A DNA stretch of 64,000 nucleotides from Nitrosopumilus sp. (GCA_965214775.1 OZ243974.1:1024001-1088000), one strand, 5' to 3'; positions 10,909 to 22,785 are shown, counted from the first letter of the stretch. The notes: generated by a model not told the origin, from the sequence alone. Translations and numbers: made by a program.

Positions 10909-13032
10909 TTATGATCTGTACTTGTTAGTTGCACTGTATGCATGGTCAAGATAGTGCCTGATTTGCGGTAATGATTCTGGCCTGATTGATATTCTTCTTT
11001 CAGTTCCTCTAGGGAAAAACCATCCGGCCACTTTTCTTACTCTTTCATCGTCTGCATCAAATGAGTTTTGATTTATTCTAAAAATGACGTTTGCGGTGGT
11101 TTTTCCACAGGTGATTATTGCAAACAAATTACGCCTTTCGGTGGGTTTCTTGGTGTAAAAAAACAGCCATTTGTGGTATGGCTCAGACACGCAATCGAAT
11201 TTCTCATTTATCATTGAAATAAGCTTGTTTACCGTCTCCCTGTTCTCATATGACGCATTTGCAAGGCTTGAATCCCATGATGGAGCCTTGATCTCGTCTT
11301 CTTCAACGTCCTCGTCCACGTCGTCTTCGATCGCCGAATATTTCTCAAGTACTTCACTTGGCAGTGAGGGATATTTCCAGATTTCAAGGGATTTTTTTGC
11401 TATTTCGTCTGCTCGCTTGCAAATTGCATCTTCGTTCCACTGCGCCAGTGCTGCAAGCCCCGAATTTAGCCTTATTGGACTGTCGGAAAAGCCACCATCC
11501 ATGCCTCGCTTTTCTAGAAATGACTTATCGCCCAGCTCTGGATTATAACCCGTCAGTGTAAGATTTCCAATTGTATGTAGGTATTTAGAGTGGATCTCAG
11601 CCCATTTTTCTCCCAATTCTTTTTTCCATTCCTCTGACAGGTTTTTGTTTTGCGGCATAATGTGCTCAATAGTATAGTCACCAACGTTCACAGCTTCTTT
11701 CCTGCCAAAATTTTCTAACTTGCCTAGAAGATATCTCAATATGCGTCGAGTATTGTAAACATCTTTGAGGATTAACTGGGATTCAAATTCATCATCGCGG
11801 GGAAATCTTCGATATGACTCCTTGAGAATAAACGCGGCCTTTAGACTCTCAACATAATCGCCTTTTTCAATCTCGCCTGCAAGGTTTGCAAATGTCTTGT
11901 TTAATGAGTTTGTGGGCACTCCGCATATGGCACGTCTGAATACATAGCTTTCAACCATTGAAAATACTTCCAAAACGTCATCTTTTGTGATTTTTTTCTT
12001 GTCGAAGTCAGAATAGACCTCTAGCAGAAATGGGTACGCAACATCAACTTTGAGTGCGTTGATATCTGCAATTTTTTGATTAAGATCCGTGTCTGGTTCT
12101 TTCTCAAATTCCAGCTTGTAAAAGAACCCTGCAAAATAGTGGATGTCGGATACTAGCTCGCGTGTGGATTTCTGCTCGGCTGCAACAAACTCCTTGAAGC
12201 TGGAATACACGTCTTTGATGTTGGGAATCTGACCTGTTTTGATTGTAAGATAATCCCTCATGAATCTGTCAAAATATTCAGTTCCTTGAGCATGACCGAA
12301 GCTTTCTTCAATGGGATACCAATGATTTTTGTAAATGTAGTCCTGCTCTTTCCTGTCCAGTCCCATCAAAACATAATTCCGAATCAGATCTGCTTGAGAC
12401 AATTCCAGCCCCGTAGAATTCAGGCTCTCAAAAATCAGTTGCGGATTATCATGGATGTTGTTTAGGGAAATATCAACAATCGTTAGTCTTAGAATTCCCT
12501 GGTATAGTTCATCCAAATTGGTTTTGCTTTCTTCTATTTTATTCTCAAAGAATTCATAATTATTCTTGATCCTGATTGAATGTTTCTCTGGAAGTTCTTG
12601 TCCGTCTAGCAATCTGATCAAAGTATCTTTATCACTTTGTGTTAAAATCAGCTTGTATCTTTTTTCTCCAGGCTCTTCATTGTTGAATAAAAAATAATTG
12701 CTAATTTTCTTTTCCGTAACCTCGGCATCGTCCTGTTTTTCCAGTGCCTTTGAAAACGCCGACAGCAACAGTGTCAAAGTTGTTAGGCGCTGCTGCCCAT
12801 CAATTACTAAATATTCGTCAACTCCTGAAACTTGGTTCTGCCCTTTTTCTATGTATACAATAGAGCCAATAAAGTGGCCGGGATTGGCTTTATTCTGCGA
12901 GGTCTTTACGATGTCATTCCATAACTGTTCACACTGTTTCTCAGTCCAGCTATACGTTCGCTGATAAATTGGAATGATGAACTGATGAGTGCCTTGTAAA
13001 AATTTTGTTAAATGAGTCTCTGTTGCCTTCAC
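10909..13032 (-). CDS. GmrSD-like DUF262-DUF1524 protein with an extra C-terminal (DUF5655-like) domain
   Basis: IPIYQRTYSW, VIDGQQRLTT, IFESLNSTG, TIEHIMPQ, IGNLTL..YN. Confidence 0.88.
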   Translation of the reverse strand: MKATETHLTKFLQGTHQFIIPIYQRTYSWTEKQCEQLWNDIVKTSQNKANPGHFIGSIVYIEKGQNQVSGVDEYLVIDGQQRLTTLTLLLSAFSKALEKQDDAEVTEKKISNYFLFNNEEPGEKRYKLILTQSDKDTLIRLLDGQELPEKHSIRIKNNYEFFENKIEESKTNLDELYQGILRLTIVDISLNNIHDNPQLIFESLNSTGLELSQADLIRNYVLMGLDRKEQDYIYKNHWYPIEESFGHAQGTEYFDRFMRDYLTIKTGQIPNIKDVYSSFKEFVAAEQKSTRELVSDIHYFAGFFYKLEFEKEPDTDLNQKIADINALKVDVAYPFLLEVYSDFDKKKITKDDVLEVFSMVESYVFRRAICGVPTNSLNKTFANLAGEIEKGDYVESLKAAFILKESYRRFPRDDEFESQLILKDVYNTRRILRYLLGKLENFGRKEAVNVGDYTIEHIMPQNKNLSEEWKKELGEKWAEIHSKYLHTIGNLTLTGYNPELGDKSFLEKRGMDGGFSDSPIRLNSGLAALAQWNEDAICKRADEIAKKSLEIWKYPSLPSEVLEKYSAIEDDVDEDVEEDEIKAPSWDSSLANASYENRETVNKLISMINEKFDCVSEPYHKWLFFYTKKPTERRNLFAIITCGKTTANVIFRINQNSFDADDERVRKVAGWFFPRGTERRISIRPESLPQIRHYLDHAYSATNKYRS

Positions 13033-13075
13033 ATATCTGATTTCATGAGAACATTGTAAAAGCCTTGTGACATAG

Positions 13076-13190
13076 CAGTCTTACCAGAAACAGCCAGGCT
13101 CGTGGCTGTACAGACGGCCATCTGCGGATCTGCAAGCAGCTTCGCTTGAACTGTTTAGAGTCTCTTTATTGGGAACATCTTGAAAGACTG
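13076..13190 (+). mobile_element. MITE family G copy
   Basis: Aligns with the reverse complement of 10695-10812. Confidence 0.7.
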
Positions 13191-13409
13191 TCATCTTACC
13201 CTTTTTTTATTCCAGTATGGGGAATTACATCCCCTGCAGTTTCCGGGCAACTCATTCTGGGTGGTCCACGTGTGATTGCATCTTTCACAGGTGTGTTTCC
13301 ACATTGTTACTCTAACTGGTTTGTTCACAGAGTACATGCTAAACAATCTCATTATATAGTTTGTTCTATGTAGTAATAACTATATATGTAGTGGACACTA
13401 TGCTATAAC

Positions 13410-14531
13410 ATGAACGCAAGAATGCAAAGAGCAAAACAGATCATGGAGACTCCAGGCCACGCCACCCAGATCATCGGCACCGACGACTTCAGGGTCAGAT
13501 CCCAGTCAGATCCACCCAAGTTCTATACCGTATCCAGGACGGGCAGCGGGCTTGTCTGCGAGTGTCCGGACCACCGTAGCAGAAAGTCGGACTGCAAGCA
13601 CATCAAGGTCATACTGGAGTATGTCAGAAGGAACGTGTTCGGACACGACGGGTTTAGAATCATTGAAAGGTCAAGGCTGAACCTGTGCAAGTTCTGCGAC
13701 TCTGGCAACATCGTCAGGAAGGGATTGAAGAAGAACAAAAGCTCTACAATGCAGATGTTCAAGTGTAAAGACTGTAAGAAAAGGTTTACTGCAAACTTTG
13801 GATTCGAAAACAGGAGGTTTGACGAATCCACTATAACGGGCGCGTTGCAGATGTATTATACGGGAATGAGCGTCCGTGACATCTCCAACCATTACGAAAT
13901 GCTTGGAATCAGTGTAAGCCACAAGACGGTATACAACTGGGTTAGAGACTATTCCAGGATGACATCGGCATACCTCAACGGAATTGTTCCACGGGTCGGC
14001 AGCTGGTTCCGGGCCGACGAGGTATGGGTGAAAATCAGCGGCAGGCAGTGCTATCTGTTCGCCTCGATGGATGACGATACGCGCTATTGGCTGGCCTCCG
14101 ACCTGGCAGACAGCAAGTTCCAGCACAATGCGGACAGTCTATTACAACTGACAAAATCACATGCCGGAAAAAGCCCCAGAAACTTCATCACGGACGGCCT
14201 GCCGGCATATGCCAAGTCCTCAAGGAGGGTATTCGGAGAGGGTACGAATCACGTAAGGCACATCCACCTGGCAGGAAAAAGAGACCGCGATAACAACAAC
14301 AAGATGGAGAGGCTCAACGGCGAGATCAGAGACCGCGAGAAGGTGTTCAGGGGCCTCAAAAAGATGGATACGGCCATACTTGACGGAATGAGGGTCTACT
14401 ACAACTATACGAAAAGGCACGGAAGCCTGGAGGGAAAGACGCCTGCGGAGGCATCCTTGATTGCCGTGGACGGCATCAACAAGTGGAAGACCATCATCCA
14501 GAATGCCTCGCTAAGCAAGTATTCTGTCTAG
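13410..14531 (+). CDS. IS6-like DDE transposase with N-terminal SWIM finger and Zn ribbon
   Basis: CECPDH..CKH (SWIM), CKFC..CKDC, HTH region, RADE / ITDGL / NKMER catalytic motifs. Confidence 0.88.
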   Translation: MNARMQRAKQIMETPGHATQIIGTDDFRVRSQSDPPKFYTVSRTGSGLVCECPDHRSRKSDCKHIKVILEYVRRNVFGHDGFRIIERSRLNLCKFCDSGNIVRKGLKKNKSSTMQMFKCKDCKKRFTANFGFENRRFDESTITGALQMYYTGMSVRDISNHYEMLGISVSHKTVYNWVRDYSRMTSAYLNGIVPRVGSWFRADEVWVKISGRQCYLFASMDDDTRYWLASDLADSKFQHNADSLLQLTKSHAGKSPRNFITDGLPAYAKSSRRVFGEGTNHVRHIHLAGKRDRDNNNKMERLNGEIRDREKVFRGLKKMDTAILDGMRVYYNYTKRHGSLEGKTPAEASLIAVDGINKWKTIIQNASLSKYSV

Positions 14532-14680
14532 GCATAAAATAAAATCTCAATTCAGAGAAGATCCACATTCTAGGTCACCAATCTTACACAGAACCAAGAA
14601 AAACTAGGTTTATCTAAAGGCACTCAGGACTTGGGAGTTGAGGCAAAAGCAGTTTTAGGGCATCCGACAGAAAAATCAAG

Positions 14681-15839
14681 CTAGCCTAGCCACTTTGTCA
14701 ATCTCTCTTTTTCAAACTCGTGCTTCCTTGAGAGGTTTTCAGGGGTTGATTCTGTCAGGCTGGTTGTGGGTTTTTCATGTGTGAACATGTCAACCTCAAT
14801 CAGTGACGCGGTGTCCTTTCCAGACTCGATAAAGCACCCTCCCTTCCCATCAAACGTTGCCGAACCGCCTCTTCCCTGAATTTTTGCAACAATGTTCCTT
14901 GCAACTGCCAGCCCCTCTCCTTCGGCAAAAACGCCCGCCTTTGGAACAGCAGCTGTCTCTGTCACCACCAAGCTTGTGACGTCGCCTACCGCATAGACAC
15001 CTTCAAAACCGGTCTTGCAGTCCCTGTCTATCGGGATAAACCCCGGTTCTTTTGCCAGTTTGGAGTCATAGATTACCCGCGGGGCCGTGTGCGGGGGCAC
15101 AGCCAAAAGCAAGTCAAAGTCATCCTCTTTTCCGTCTTCAAAAACCAGCTTTTTTGGCTCGACGGATCTTGTTTTACAGGAATTGTGAAATGTAATCTTT
15201 GCAGAATTGATCAGTTCAAGAATCTGCTTGCTTACTTTCGGACCTGCCGCCGGAAGGGTGGCCGGCGCAGGGCTGTAAAAGTGAATTTCGACCGAATCAC
15301 GCTTTCCCATTTTTCTGAGCATGGAATCTATCAGCAGGCCGGCCTCAAATGGCGCAGGAGGGCACTTGTACGGCATTCCCATTATTGAAATCGCGATTTT
15401 GCCGGACTTTATGCTTTGTAACTTTTTACGAATTTCCAAAAGCTGGCCGTGATCATACAGGTTGAAACCGTGCTTGACCAGTCCGGGAATTTTTTCCGGG
15501 GCCAGTACGGATCCCAGCGAAATCAGCAGATAGTCATACGCGACGGACTGCGCGGAGGTTTTCACGCTTTTGTTTTCCAGGTCAATTGACGCAACCTCCT
15601 CTTTGATAAAGCTGATCCCTTTTTTTTTCCAGTCCTCGAAGAGAGCCGACAGAGTTCTCAAAAGTCCTGCTTCCGTTTAGAATCCACAGTTTTGCAAATC
15701 CCACCATAAACCAGTCCTTTTTGTCAATTATTGTGACTCTGGCCTGATCAGGGGAGGGTAACGAATCTCTGATTTCAGTGGCCGCCGAAAGCCCGCCAAA
15801 GCCTCCGCCCAGAATTACAACGTGGGGAATTTCTGCCAA
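14681..15839 (-). pseudogene. Sulfide:quinone oxidoreductase-like FAD-dependent oxidoreductase, frameshifted at an A9 run
   Basis: GGGFGG in the 5' ORF; YKCPPAPFE, YAVGD and PKAG in the 3' ORF; T9 at 15620-15628, and 8 T restores the frame. Confidence 0.8.
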
Positions 15840-15844
15840 CTTGC

Positions 15845-16585
15845 TTACCGTTCTTGGGAAGTCGGCCTGATCAGAACCTCGTTAACGTTAACATGCGGGG
15901 GGGCCTGCACCGCATAAAGAATCGCGTTTGCTATATCTTCAGCACGTAACGCTTCCATCTTCTTTGCGTTTTCAACAAATCCCTTCAGGGATTCGTCCGT
16001 AATTGTGTCGGTGAGCTCCGTGTCCACGACTCCGGGCTCGATACTGGTCACCCTGATGTTATGACGCACGCTAAACTCCTGCCTTAATCCCTCGCTGAAT
16101 GCGGCAACAGCATGCTTGGTTGCACAGTATACAGAGCCGGCAGGAAAAACGATTCGTCCTGCAACAGACGAGATGTTGACTATGTGTCCTGATTTTTTCT
16201 CCTTCATGTGAGTGATTACTGCGCCTGTACAATACAAAACCCCCTTTATGTTGACATCGATCATTCTGTCCCATTCGTCGACCCTGAGATTCTTGAAGAA
16301 GCTCAGAGGCATCAGGCCTGCGTTGTTTACAAGAATGTCAACAGAGCCCCACTTGTCCAAGACAGCTCTTGCAAAATCATCACACTCTGATCTCTGCGCA
16401 ACGTCTAATTTTTGACGGAATACCTCCCCGCCATTTTCAGCAATCTTGTCTGCCAAGTCTTCCAACCGGCCAGCCCTTCTGGCGCCGATTGCAACCTTGG
16501 CGCCTGCTTTTGAGAGCGCCATGGCAGTCGCATATCCAATTCCGCTGCTTGCGCCGGTAACTATTGCGACTTTGTCTTTGATCAA
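15845..16585 (-). CDS. SDR family oxidoreductase
   Basis: TGASSGIG, NNAG, YCATK. Confidence 0.92.
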   Translation of the reverse strand: MIKDKVAIVTGASSGIGYATAMALSKAGAKVAIGARRAGRLEDLADKIAENGGEVFRQKLDVAQRSECDDFARAVLDKWGSVDILVNNAGLMPLSFFKNLRVDEWDRMIDVNIKGVLYCTGAVITHMKEKKSGHIVNISSVAGRIVFPAGSVYCATKHAVAAFSEGLRQEFSVRHNIRVTSIEPGVVDTELTDTITDESLKGFVENAKKMEALRAEDIANAILYAVQAPPHVNVNEVLIRPTSQER

Positions 16586-16692
16586 CCTTGCTCAGACGCA
16601 GTTGACTTTGATGTCGTAAAAATGTTTAGCCGGCAAAACAGAAGGCAAGAATCACTGGCAACTTTATTAAAAGAAGGCTTCCAAACCGTATT

Positions 16693-16914
16693 ATGGAGTC
16701 TGAAAAGTGCGCCTATTGCGGCGATTTGACTGACATGCCATTTCAGTGCAGTTATTGCAGGGATCCGTTTTGCCCAGAACACAGGCTTCCCGAAGAGCAC
16801 AGATGTGTAAAACTCAGTCAAATCAGGGCAAGAAGATTCGGGGAGAGAAAAGTCATACGCGACGGAGGAAGAAACAGGCCGAATATTCTCCGAAGAATTT
16901 TCGGCAGGTTCTAG
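16693..16914 (+). CDS. AN1-type zinc finger protein
   Basis: CAYC..CSYC..FCPEHRLPEEHRC. Confidence 0.85.
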   Translation: MESEKCAYCGDLTDMPFQCSYCRDPFCPEHRLPEEHRCVKLSQIRARRFGERKVIRDGGRNRPNILRRIFGRF

Positions 16915-17195
16915 TAGGGGCTTTTGTCAGGGGAGATCTTTGCACGCCTTCCCTGATAGATTAGTGCCACAGCTAATGCAAACATCACCATGGCTGTCAG
17001 CGGAAAGTTTTGCGGGGCCGGAAGAACAAACCAATAGTAAACGCCAAATCCGATAGAGACTGCTGCCTGAATCCACAGCTTTATCCACTTGGGAGGCTTT
17101 ACGATTCTGCTGATTCCCTCTACGGCAAAGATGCCAATCACCGGATATATTGTGTAAAACAGAAAATCAATGACGTCAACGCCCGTATGCGACAT
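16911..17195 (-). CDS. Small membrane protein
   Basis: Three hydrophobic segments. Confidence 0.7.
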   Translation of the reverse strand: MSHTGVDVIDFLFYTIYPVIGIFAVEGISRIVKPPKWIKLWIQAAVSIGFGVYYWFVLPAPQNFPLTAMVMFALAVALIYQGRRAKISPDKSPY

Positions 17196-17228
17196 ACAAT
17201 ACCGGAATGCTTCAGGCGTAATTTCTAG

Positions 17229-17786
17229 CTAATCTTCCCAGCGCACCTTGGTCGCTATGTCCTTTGAAATTAATGCCTGGGCGTTTTCGTAGGGAATTGT
17301 CGCGATATCTTCGGCCTTAAAGGGACCGTATTTTTCAAGATCGGCGCCCACTAGTTCGTCGGCTTCCTTGAGGAATCTGACGACGACCTTCCTTGTTTTG
17401 TGGTTCAGAGACAGCGATTCTAAAAATTTTGATTTTCCGTTGACGGTAGCCGAAAGGATCATTCTGATTCTTTCATGCCTCTCTTCATGAGAATCCAGGA
17501 TGAATTTTTCCTCATCAAGAAGATTTTCAAATCGAATGTCAGAGGATCTGGTGGCTTTTTCCAACCTGATTTGAACCAGCAATGACGTGAGTTCGGTTGC
17601 CATCTCAATCATGGCGTCCTTGATCTTGCTTTCGACCCCGTCAAATTCCTGTTTTCTTAGGTTTCCAATGAATTCTGAGAGATTTCTGTAAAAGCTGGGA
17701 TCAATTTCCAGAACAGAGTCGTTCTCTGTTTCCCGCAAAACAAGATGGTGCAGGGAGTTGATGTCTATCTGATTTGATTCGGACAT
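17229..17786 (-). CDS. DNA replication GINS family protein
   Basis: Helical A domain plus B domain VRFLK...VGAD..KYGPF...IPYENAQALI. Confidence 0.85.
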   Translation of the reverse strand: MSESNQIDINSLHHLVLRETENDSVLEIDPSFYRNLSEFIGNLRKQEFDGVESKIKDAMIEMATELTSLLVQIRLEKATRSSDIRFENLLDEEKFILDSHEERHERIRMILSATVNGKSKFLESLSLNHKTRKVVVRFLKEADELVGADLEKYGPFKAEDIATIPYENAQALISKDIATKVRWED

Positions 17787-17840
17787 TTCTTACCTAATCC
17801 TTAAATGCTGGATGTATTTGTGTTTGATTGAAGTATAAAA

Positions 17841-19301
17841 TTGCCATATAAAGTGAGTCACGGTAAAGCAATCCAGGTAACATATTCGCCTGACGAGGTT
17901 TTCTCCAGAATCCAGCACGAAGGCATTCAGTTTATAGATCTTCAGTTTACAGGCCTGACTGGCCACTTTCACCACACCACGATTTCAGCTGACACCTTTA
18001 CGCCCGAGCAGATGCGTGACGGCCTTCCAAAGCTTGACGGCTCGTCAATTGTTGGCTTTACCAGCATCGATGATTCAGACCTGCTTTTAAAACCGGATCC
18101 AAACACGTTTGCAATAATTCCATGGATGACAGAAAACAAGACTGCCAGGCTGCTTTGTGATATTTACTGGGGGGAAGGCAGGGGAAGGCTGTCAAGGGAT
18201 CCCAGGGGAATTTCCCAAAAGGCCGAAGAGTATGTCAAAACGCAGGGATTTGATTACAGCACATGGGGTCCCGAAGTGGAATTCTTTGTCTTTGATAAGG
18301 TTCATTGGGACGTGCTGACGCCATACAAAGGACAGTCATATTCGGTTGAATCCAAAGAGGCGCCCTGGAGTCAGGAGGGGGACGGATATCCAATGGGACT
18401 GCAGGAAGGATACTATCCAAGCACCCCGTCTGATACGTTGACGCCCTACAGAAACGAGTGTGTAAATATTCTAAACAGGAATTTCGGGATTTTGTGCGAT
18501 AATCATCACCACGAAGTCGCAACTGCAGGACAGTGTGAAATCGATATCAAATACGATCACATGACAAACGCGGCTGACGCTGCACAGTCATACAAATACG
18601 TCATTAGAAACGTTGCCAAAAAATATGGAAAGGTGGCAACGATGATGCCAAAGCCGATTGCAATGGACTCGGGTTCTGGCATGCACGTCAACGTAAGTTT
18701 GTGGAAAGGAAAGGAGAACGTGTTCTATGATCCTGATGATGGGATTGAGTTGAGCCAGCTTGGAAGATATTTCTGCGGAGGAATAATAAACCATGCAAAA
18801 GCCCTGTCGGCAATCTGCAATCCAACCACAAACTCCTACCACAGACTGGTTCCCGGATATGAGGCTCCGGCATACATTGCGTGGAGTTCGGGAAACCGTT
18901 CGGCAATTGTCAGGGTGCCAAAACATCTCAAAGGCAAGAATTATTCCCACTTGAAGAGGCTTGAGTTCAGGGCCCCTGACCCCTCATCAAACCCATATCT
19001 TGTTTTTGCCGCAGTTGCCGCTGCAGGCATGGACGGAGTTAAGAAGAAGGTGGATCCCGGAGATCAAGTCAGCGAGGACATTTTCAAGATGACAAGATCC
19101 GACAGGGCAAAAAGAGGGATCGGCGTTCTGCCAAAGAGCCTTGGCGAGGCGTTGGATGAGCTGGAAAGCGACAGGAAGTTCCTAAACCCGATTTATACAA
19201 ACGATGTCATTGACAAGGTCATCGAGCTGGAAAGAAGGGATCAGCGTGAGATTTCAATCAGGCCGCATCCCCACGAGTTTTATCTGTACTTTGACGTCTA
19301 A
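17841..19301 (+). CDS. glnA: Glutamine synthetase type I
   Basis: DGSSI.GF, HHEVATAGQCE, MPKP..GSGMH, RLVPGYEAP, EFRAPD. Confidence 0.97.
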   Translation: MPYKVSHGKAIQVTYSPDEVFSRIQHEGIQFIDLQFTGLTGHFHHTTISADTFTPEQMRDGLPKLDGSSIVGFTSIDDSDLLLKPDPNTFAIIPWMTENKTARLLCDIYWGEGRGRLSRDPRGISQKAEEYVKTQGFDYSTWGPEVEFFVFDKVHWDVLTPYKGQSYSVESKEAPWSQEGDGYPMGLQEGYYPSTPSDTLTPYRNECVNILNRNFGILCDNHHHEVATAGQCEIDIKYDHMTNAADAAQSYKYVIRNVAKKYGKVATMMPKPIAMDSGSGMHVNVSLWKGKENVFYDPDDGIELSQLGRYFCGGIINHAKALSAICNPTTNSYHRLVPGYEAPAYIAWSSGNRSAIVRVPKHLKGKNYSHLKRLEFRAPDPSSNPYLVFAAVAAAGMDGVKKKVDPGDQVSEDIFKMTRSDRAKRGIGVLPKSLGEALDELESDRKFLNPIYTNDVIDKVIELERRDQREISIRPHPHEFYLYFDV

Positions 19302-19582
19302 GCCCTTCCCGTAAACTGGAAGACATAGAACAGGGATATTCCCATCAAGGCAAACCCACATCCAAGAAAGACTGCCCGCTTGGATTCGGACGTGGCGGCC
19401 CTGTATAACAGAACCCCGCCGGCCAGACCAACAAACAGAACCAAAACGCCGGCAATTACGTTCTCAAAGCCGGTGTTGGTGACCAGCGGATGAAAGAATC
19501 CCGCCAGCAATGCAAAAAATGCAACAAGATAGGCGTACTTGAAGCCGGTTAGTGCTTTTGAAGATGATGTCTTGTTCTTCAA
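19298..19582 (-). CDS. Small membrane protein
   Basis: Three TM segments. Confidence 0.7.
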   Translation of the reverse strand: MKNKTSSSKALTGFKYAYLVAFFALLAGFFHPLVTNTGFENVIAGVLVLFVGLAGGVLLYRAATSESKRAVFLGCGFALMGISLFYVFQFTGRA

Positions 19583-19635
19583 TGTGAGCCGTTAATACAG
19601 CAATCAAATAAACTTTTGAGAAATTTCTAACGAAA

Positions 19636-21354
19636 TTACATCATGCCGCCCATGTCAGGCATTCCAGGTGGCATTCCGCCGCCCATTCCAGGTGGCATTC
19701 CGCCGCCCATTCCAGGTGGCATTCCGCCGCCGCCCTCGGCACCCGGAGGCGGCCCGCCTGCGGATTTTTGAGTGGCAATGACATCGTCAATCCTAAGAAT
19801 CATGCATGCGGCTTCTGCAGATGCAGAAACAACTTGCAGTTTTACTGCCAACGGTTCAATGACATCGCCTGATTTCATGTTGGCAATCCTTCCCTTCATG
19901 ACGTCAATGCCGGTCCATTTTTCGCCCTTTTGTTGTTTTGAGCGAAGGAGGGTAAGCGTATCAATCGGATCCATTCCGGCGTTTTCAGAAAGTGTCAATG
20001 GAATTGCCTCCAACGCATCGGCAAACTTCTCTACTGCCAGCTGCTCTCTGCCCTCAAGCGACTTTGCCCAGTTGCGAAGTTTTGTAGCTGCATATGTTTC
20101 GGGAGCGCCTCCGCCTGCAACAATTAACGGGTTTTCAATTACGTCCTTTACAACCATCAAGGCATCATGAACAGAACGCTCAACTTCGTCAACGACCCTT
20201 TGAGATCCTCCACGAAGAAGCAAGGTTACTGATTTTGGATGTTTGCAGCCTTCAACAAAGACCCATTTGTCCTCTTCAATTTTTCTTTCTTCAACAAGAT
20301 CTGCCGATCCAAGATCCTTTTCAAATAAATCATCAAGGTTTGTAACCACCCTTGCGCCTGTCGCCTTTGCAAGCTTGGTAAGATCACTCTCCTTGATTCT
20401 TCTTACTGCAATAATTCCTGATTTTGCTAGGTAATGTTGAGCCATATCGTCAATCCCTTTCTGACACAAGACCACGTTTGCGCCAGAACCGATGACTTTG
20501 TCCACCATTGTCTTTAACATTCTGTTTTCCTCGTCCAGGAACGACTTTAGCTGTTGAGGGTTTTGGATGTTGATTTTTGCATCGGTTTCAGTTTTGTTAA
20601 TCTCCAAGGCGGTGTTGATTAACGCAATTTTTGCATCGGTGACTTTTCTTGGCATTCCGCCATGGACGATTTCCTTGTCTAAAACAATTCCCTGGATAAT
20701 CATGGAATCTTTGATTGATCCCCCGGCTTTCTTTTCCACCTTGATGTCATCAATGTCCACACCGTATGATTCTCCGTCTTTCTCAGACACTGCAAGAACA
20801 GATTTTACAATAATGTCTGCCAGTTGGACAGAGTCGTTTCTGACTAGCTTTGTCTGCATTGAAGTTTTGGCGATCTTGTTTAGAATGTTTTTGTCATTGG
20901 CAGAAACCTGGTCGGCGATACTTTCAAGGAATTGTTTTGCTTTTCTTCCTGCCTTTCTGTATCCGTCAACGATGATGGTCGGATGGACGTCTTGATCAAT
21001 TAGTGACTCTGCATTTTCCAACAAGGCACCGGCAAGCACTACTGCAGATGTCGTGCCGTCGCCAACCTCATTGTCGGTTGTTTTTGAGATTTCAACCAGC
21101 ATCTTGGCAGCCGGGTGTTGTACGTCAATCTCTTTTAGAATGGTTGCACCGTCATTTGTAATAGTAACGTCTCCAAGCGAATCTACAAGCATCTTGTCCA
21201 TGCCGCGGGGGCCCAGACTGGTATGGACAATTTCCGCAATGATTTTGGATGCGGCAATGTTGTTTTTCTGTGCATCCTTGCCCTTGGTTTCCGAGCCGCC
21301 TTCTTTTAAAAGAACCACAGGCATGTTCCCCTTCGAGGTTGCTTGCATAGCCAT
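19636..21354 (-). CDS. ths: Thermosome (group II chaperonin) subunit
   Basis: [19 protein letters not shown]-repeat tail. Confidence 0.97.
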   Translation of the reverse strand: MAMQATSKGNMPVVLLKEGGSETKGKDAQKNNIAASKIIAEIVHTSLGPRGMDKMLVDSLGDVTITNDGATILKEIDVQHPAAKMLVEISKTTDNEVGDGTTSAVVLAGALLENAESLIDQDVHPTIIVDGYRKAGRKAKQFLESIADQVSANDKNILNKIAKTSMQTKLVRNDSVQLADIIVKSVLAVSEKDGESYGVDIDDIKVEKKAGGSIKDSMIIQGIVLDKEIVHGGMPRKVTDAKIALINTALEINKTETDAKINIQNPQQLKSFLDEENRMLKTMVDKVIGSGANVVLCQKGIDDMAQHYLAKSGIIAVRRIKESDLTKLAKATGARVVTNLDDLFEKDLGSADLVEERKIEEDKWVFVEGCKHPKSVTLLLRGGSQRVVDEVERSVHDALMVVKDVIENPLIVAGGGAPETYAATKLRNWAKSLEGREQLAVEKFADALEAIPLTLSENAGMDPIDTLTLLRSKQQKGEKWTGIDVMKGRIANMKSGDVIEPLAVKLQVVSASAEAACMILRIDDVIATQKSAGGPPPGAEGGGGMPPGMGGGMPPGMGGGMPPGMPDMGGMM

Positions 21355-21458
21355 AGTTGTAAAAACTTCTGATTCCCCTTTTATACCTTGCAGATCAGAA
21401 CGGTGGTTTTTAAATTTGATATCGGTGTTTTTAAATTGGGAAAAATTAGTTTCAGGTT

Positions 21459-22784
21459 ATGGCCAAATCACAGAACGGTAAAGAGTCTTACAATAAAATT
21501 TTCGCAAAACTAAGGGATCACCACAAGTGGTTTGAAAATTCAATTCCGTTGATTGCAAGCGAGAATGTTCCAAGTCCTGCAGTCAGGGAGGCAGTAATGT
21601 CTGATTTTGGAAACAGGTATGCAGAAGGCTGGCCTGGCGAAAGAGTCTATGCGGGATGCATCTACATCGACGATGTGGAGTTTGAGTGCATGAAATTGGC
21701 CAAAAAACTATACAAGGCAAAATTTGCCGACGTCAGACCGATCTCCGGTGTCGTTGCAAACCTTGCGGTATATTCGGCATATTCCAGTCCGGGCGATGTG
21801 ATGCTGGCACCCTCCATTCCTTCAGGCGGCCACATCTCTCACGGCAAAAAAGAACATTCGGGCACCGCAGGCCTGGTTCACGGACTGGAAATCGAGTTCT
21901 ATCCGTTTGATGCCGAAGAGATGACAATTGACGTGGATAAGACAAAACAGAAGGTAGGGGATCTAAAGAAAGGCAGCCGTCTTCCAAAAATCGCAATGTT
22001 TGGCGGTTCGTTGTTCTTGTTCCCACATCCTGTCAGAGAGCTGTCTGATTTTCTAAAAAGTCACGGCATGCACGTTAACTATGATGCGGCCCATGTCGGG
22101 GGGTTGATTGCAGGAGGAAAGTTCCAAGACCCGTTACGCGAGGGCGCCGACACTGTGACAATGAGCACCCACAAGACTTTGTTTGGGCCACAGGGGGGGT
22201 TGGTTCTAGGTTCAAAAGAACATGAAGAGCCAATCAAGAAGGCAATGTTTCCAGGACTGACTAGCAACCACCACATCAACAACATGGCAGGAAAAGCAGT
22301 TGCCTTTGCAGAAGCCTTGGAATACGGCAAGGATTACGCTTCACAAGTCATCAAAAACGCAAAATCGTTTGCAGAGGCACTAAGCGATGCAGGATTCAAG
22401 GTGCTTGGAGAAAGCAGGGGGTTTACCAAATCGCACCAAGTTGCTGTCAACGTGTTGGATTATTCAGACGGGGGCAGGGTGGAAGCTGATCTTGAAAAGG
22501 CCAACATAATAGTCAACAGGCAATTAATCCCAGGCGATATCAAGGCTGGAAGAAACTATTTCCATCCAGGCGGAATCAGGCTGGGGGTCTCTGAGATCAC
22601 CAGGCTCGGAATGAAAAAGGACGAGATGCAGGAGGTTGCGTCTTTCATCAAACAGATAGTCATCGGCAAGAAGGATCCAAGGAAGGTTCTCCCCAAGGTA
22701 AAATCGTTTAGAAAAGACTATCAGAAGGTAAGGTTCTGCTTTGATAACAAGCTGGGCGCCTACGAATACGTAAAATTGAGATAG
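21459..22784 (+). CDS. glyA: Serine hydroxymethyltransferase
   Basis: [25 protein letters not shown]. Confidence 0.97.
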   Translation: MAKSQNGKESYNKIFAKLRDHHKWFENSIPLIASENVPSPAVREAVMSDFGNRYAEGWPGERVYAGCIYIDDVEFECMKLAKKLYKAKFADVRPISGVVANLAVYSAYSSPGDVMLAPSIPSGGHISHGKKEHSGTAGLVHGLEIEFYPFDAEEMTIDVDKTKQKVGDLKKGSRLPKIAMFGGSLFLFPHPVRELSDFLKSHGMHVNYDAAHVGGLIAGGKFQDPLREGADTVTMSTHKTLFGPQGGLVLGSKEHEEPIKKAMFPGLTSNHHINNMAGKAVAFAEALEYGKDYASQVIKNAKSFAEALSDAGFKVLGESRGFTKSHQVAVNVLDYSDGGRVEADLEKANIIVNRQLIPGDIKAGRNYFHPGGIRLGVSEITRLGMKKDEMQEVASFIKQIVIGKKDPRKVLPKVKSFRKDYQKVRFCFDNKLGAYEYVKLR

Positions 22785-22785
22785 T

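Noticed and set aside
14604-14683. USP-like remnant (GVEAKAVLGHPTEK) as the transposon target gene
   Set aside because: Too short, and joining the flanks does not give an open frame
19655-19735. Tandem repeats at the thermosome 3' end
   Set aside because: Ordinary GGM/PPGM chaperonin tail
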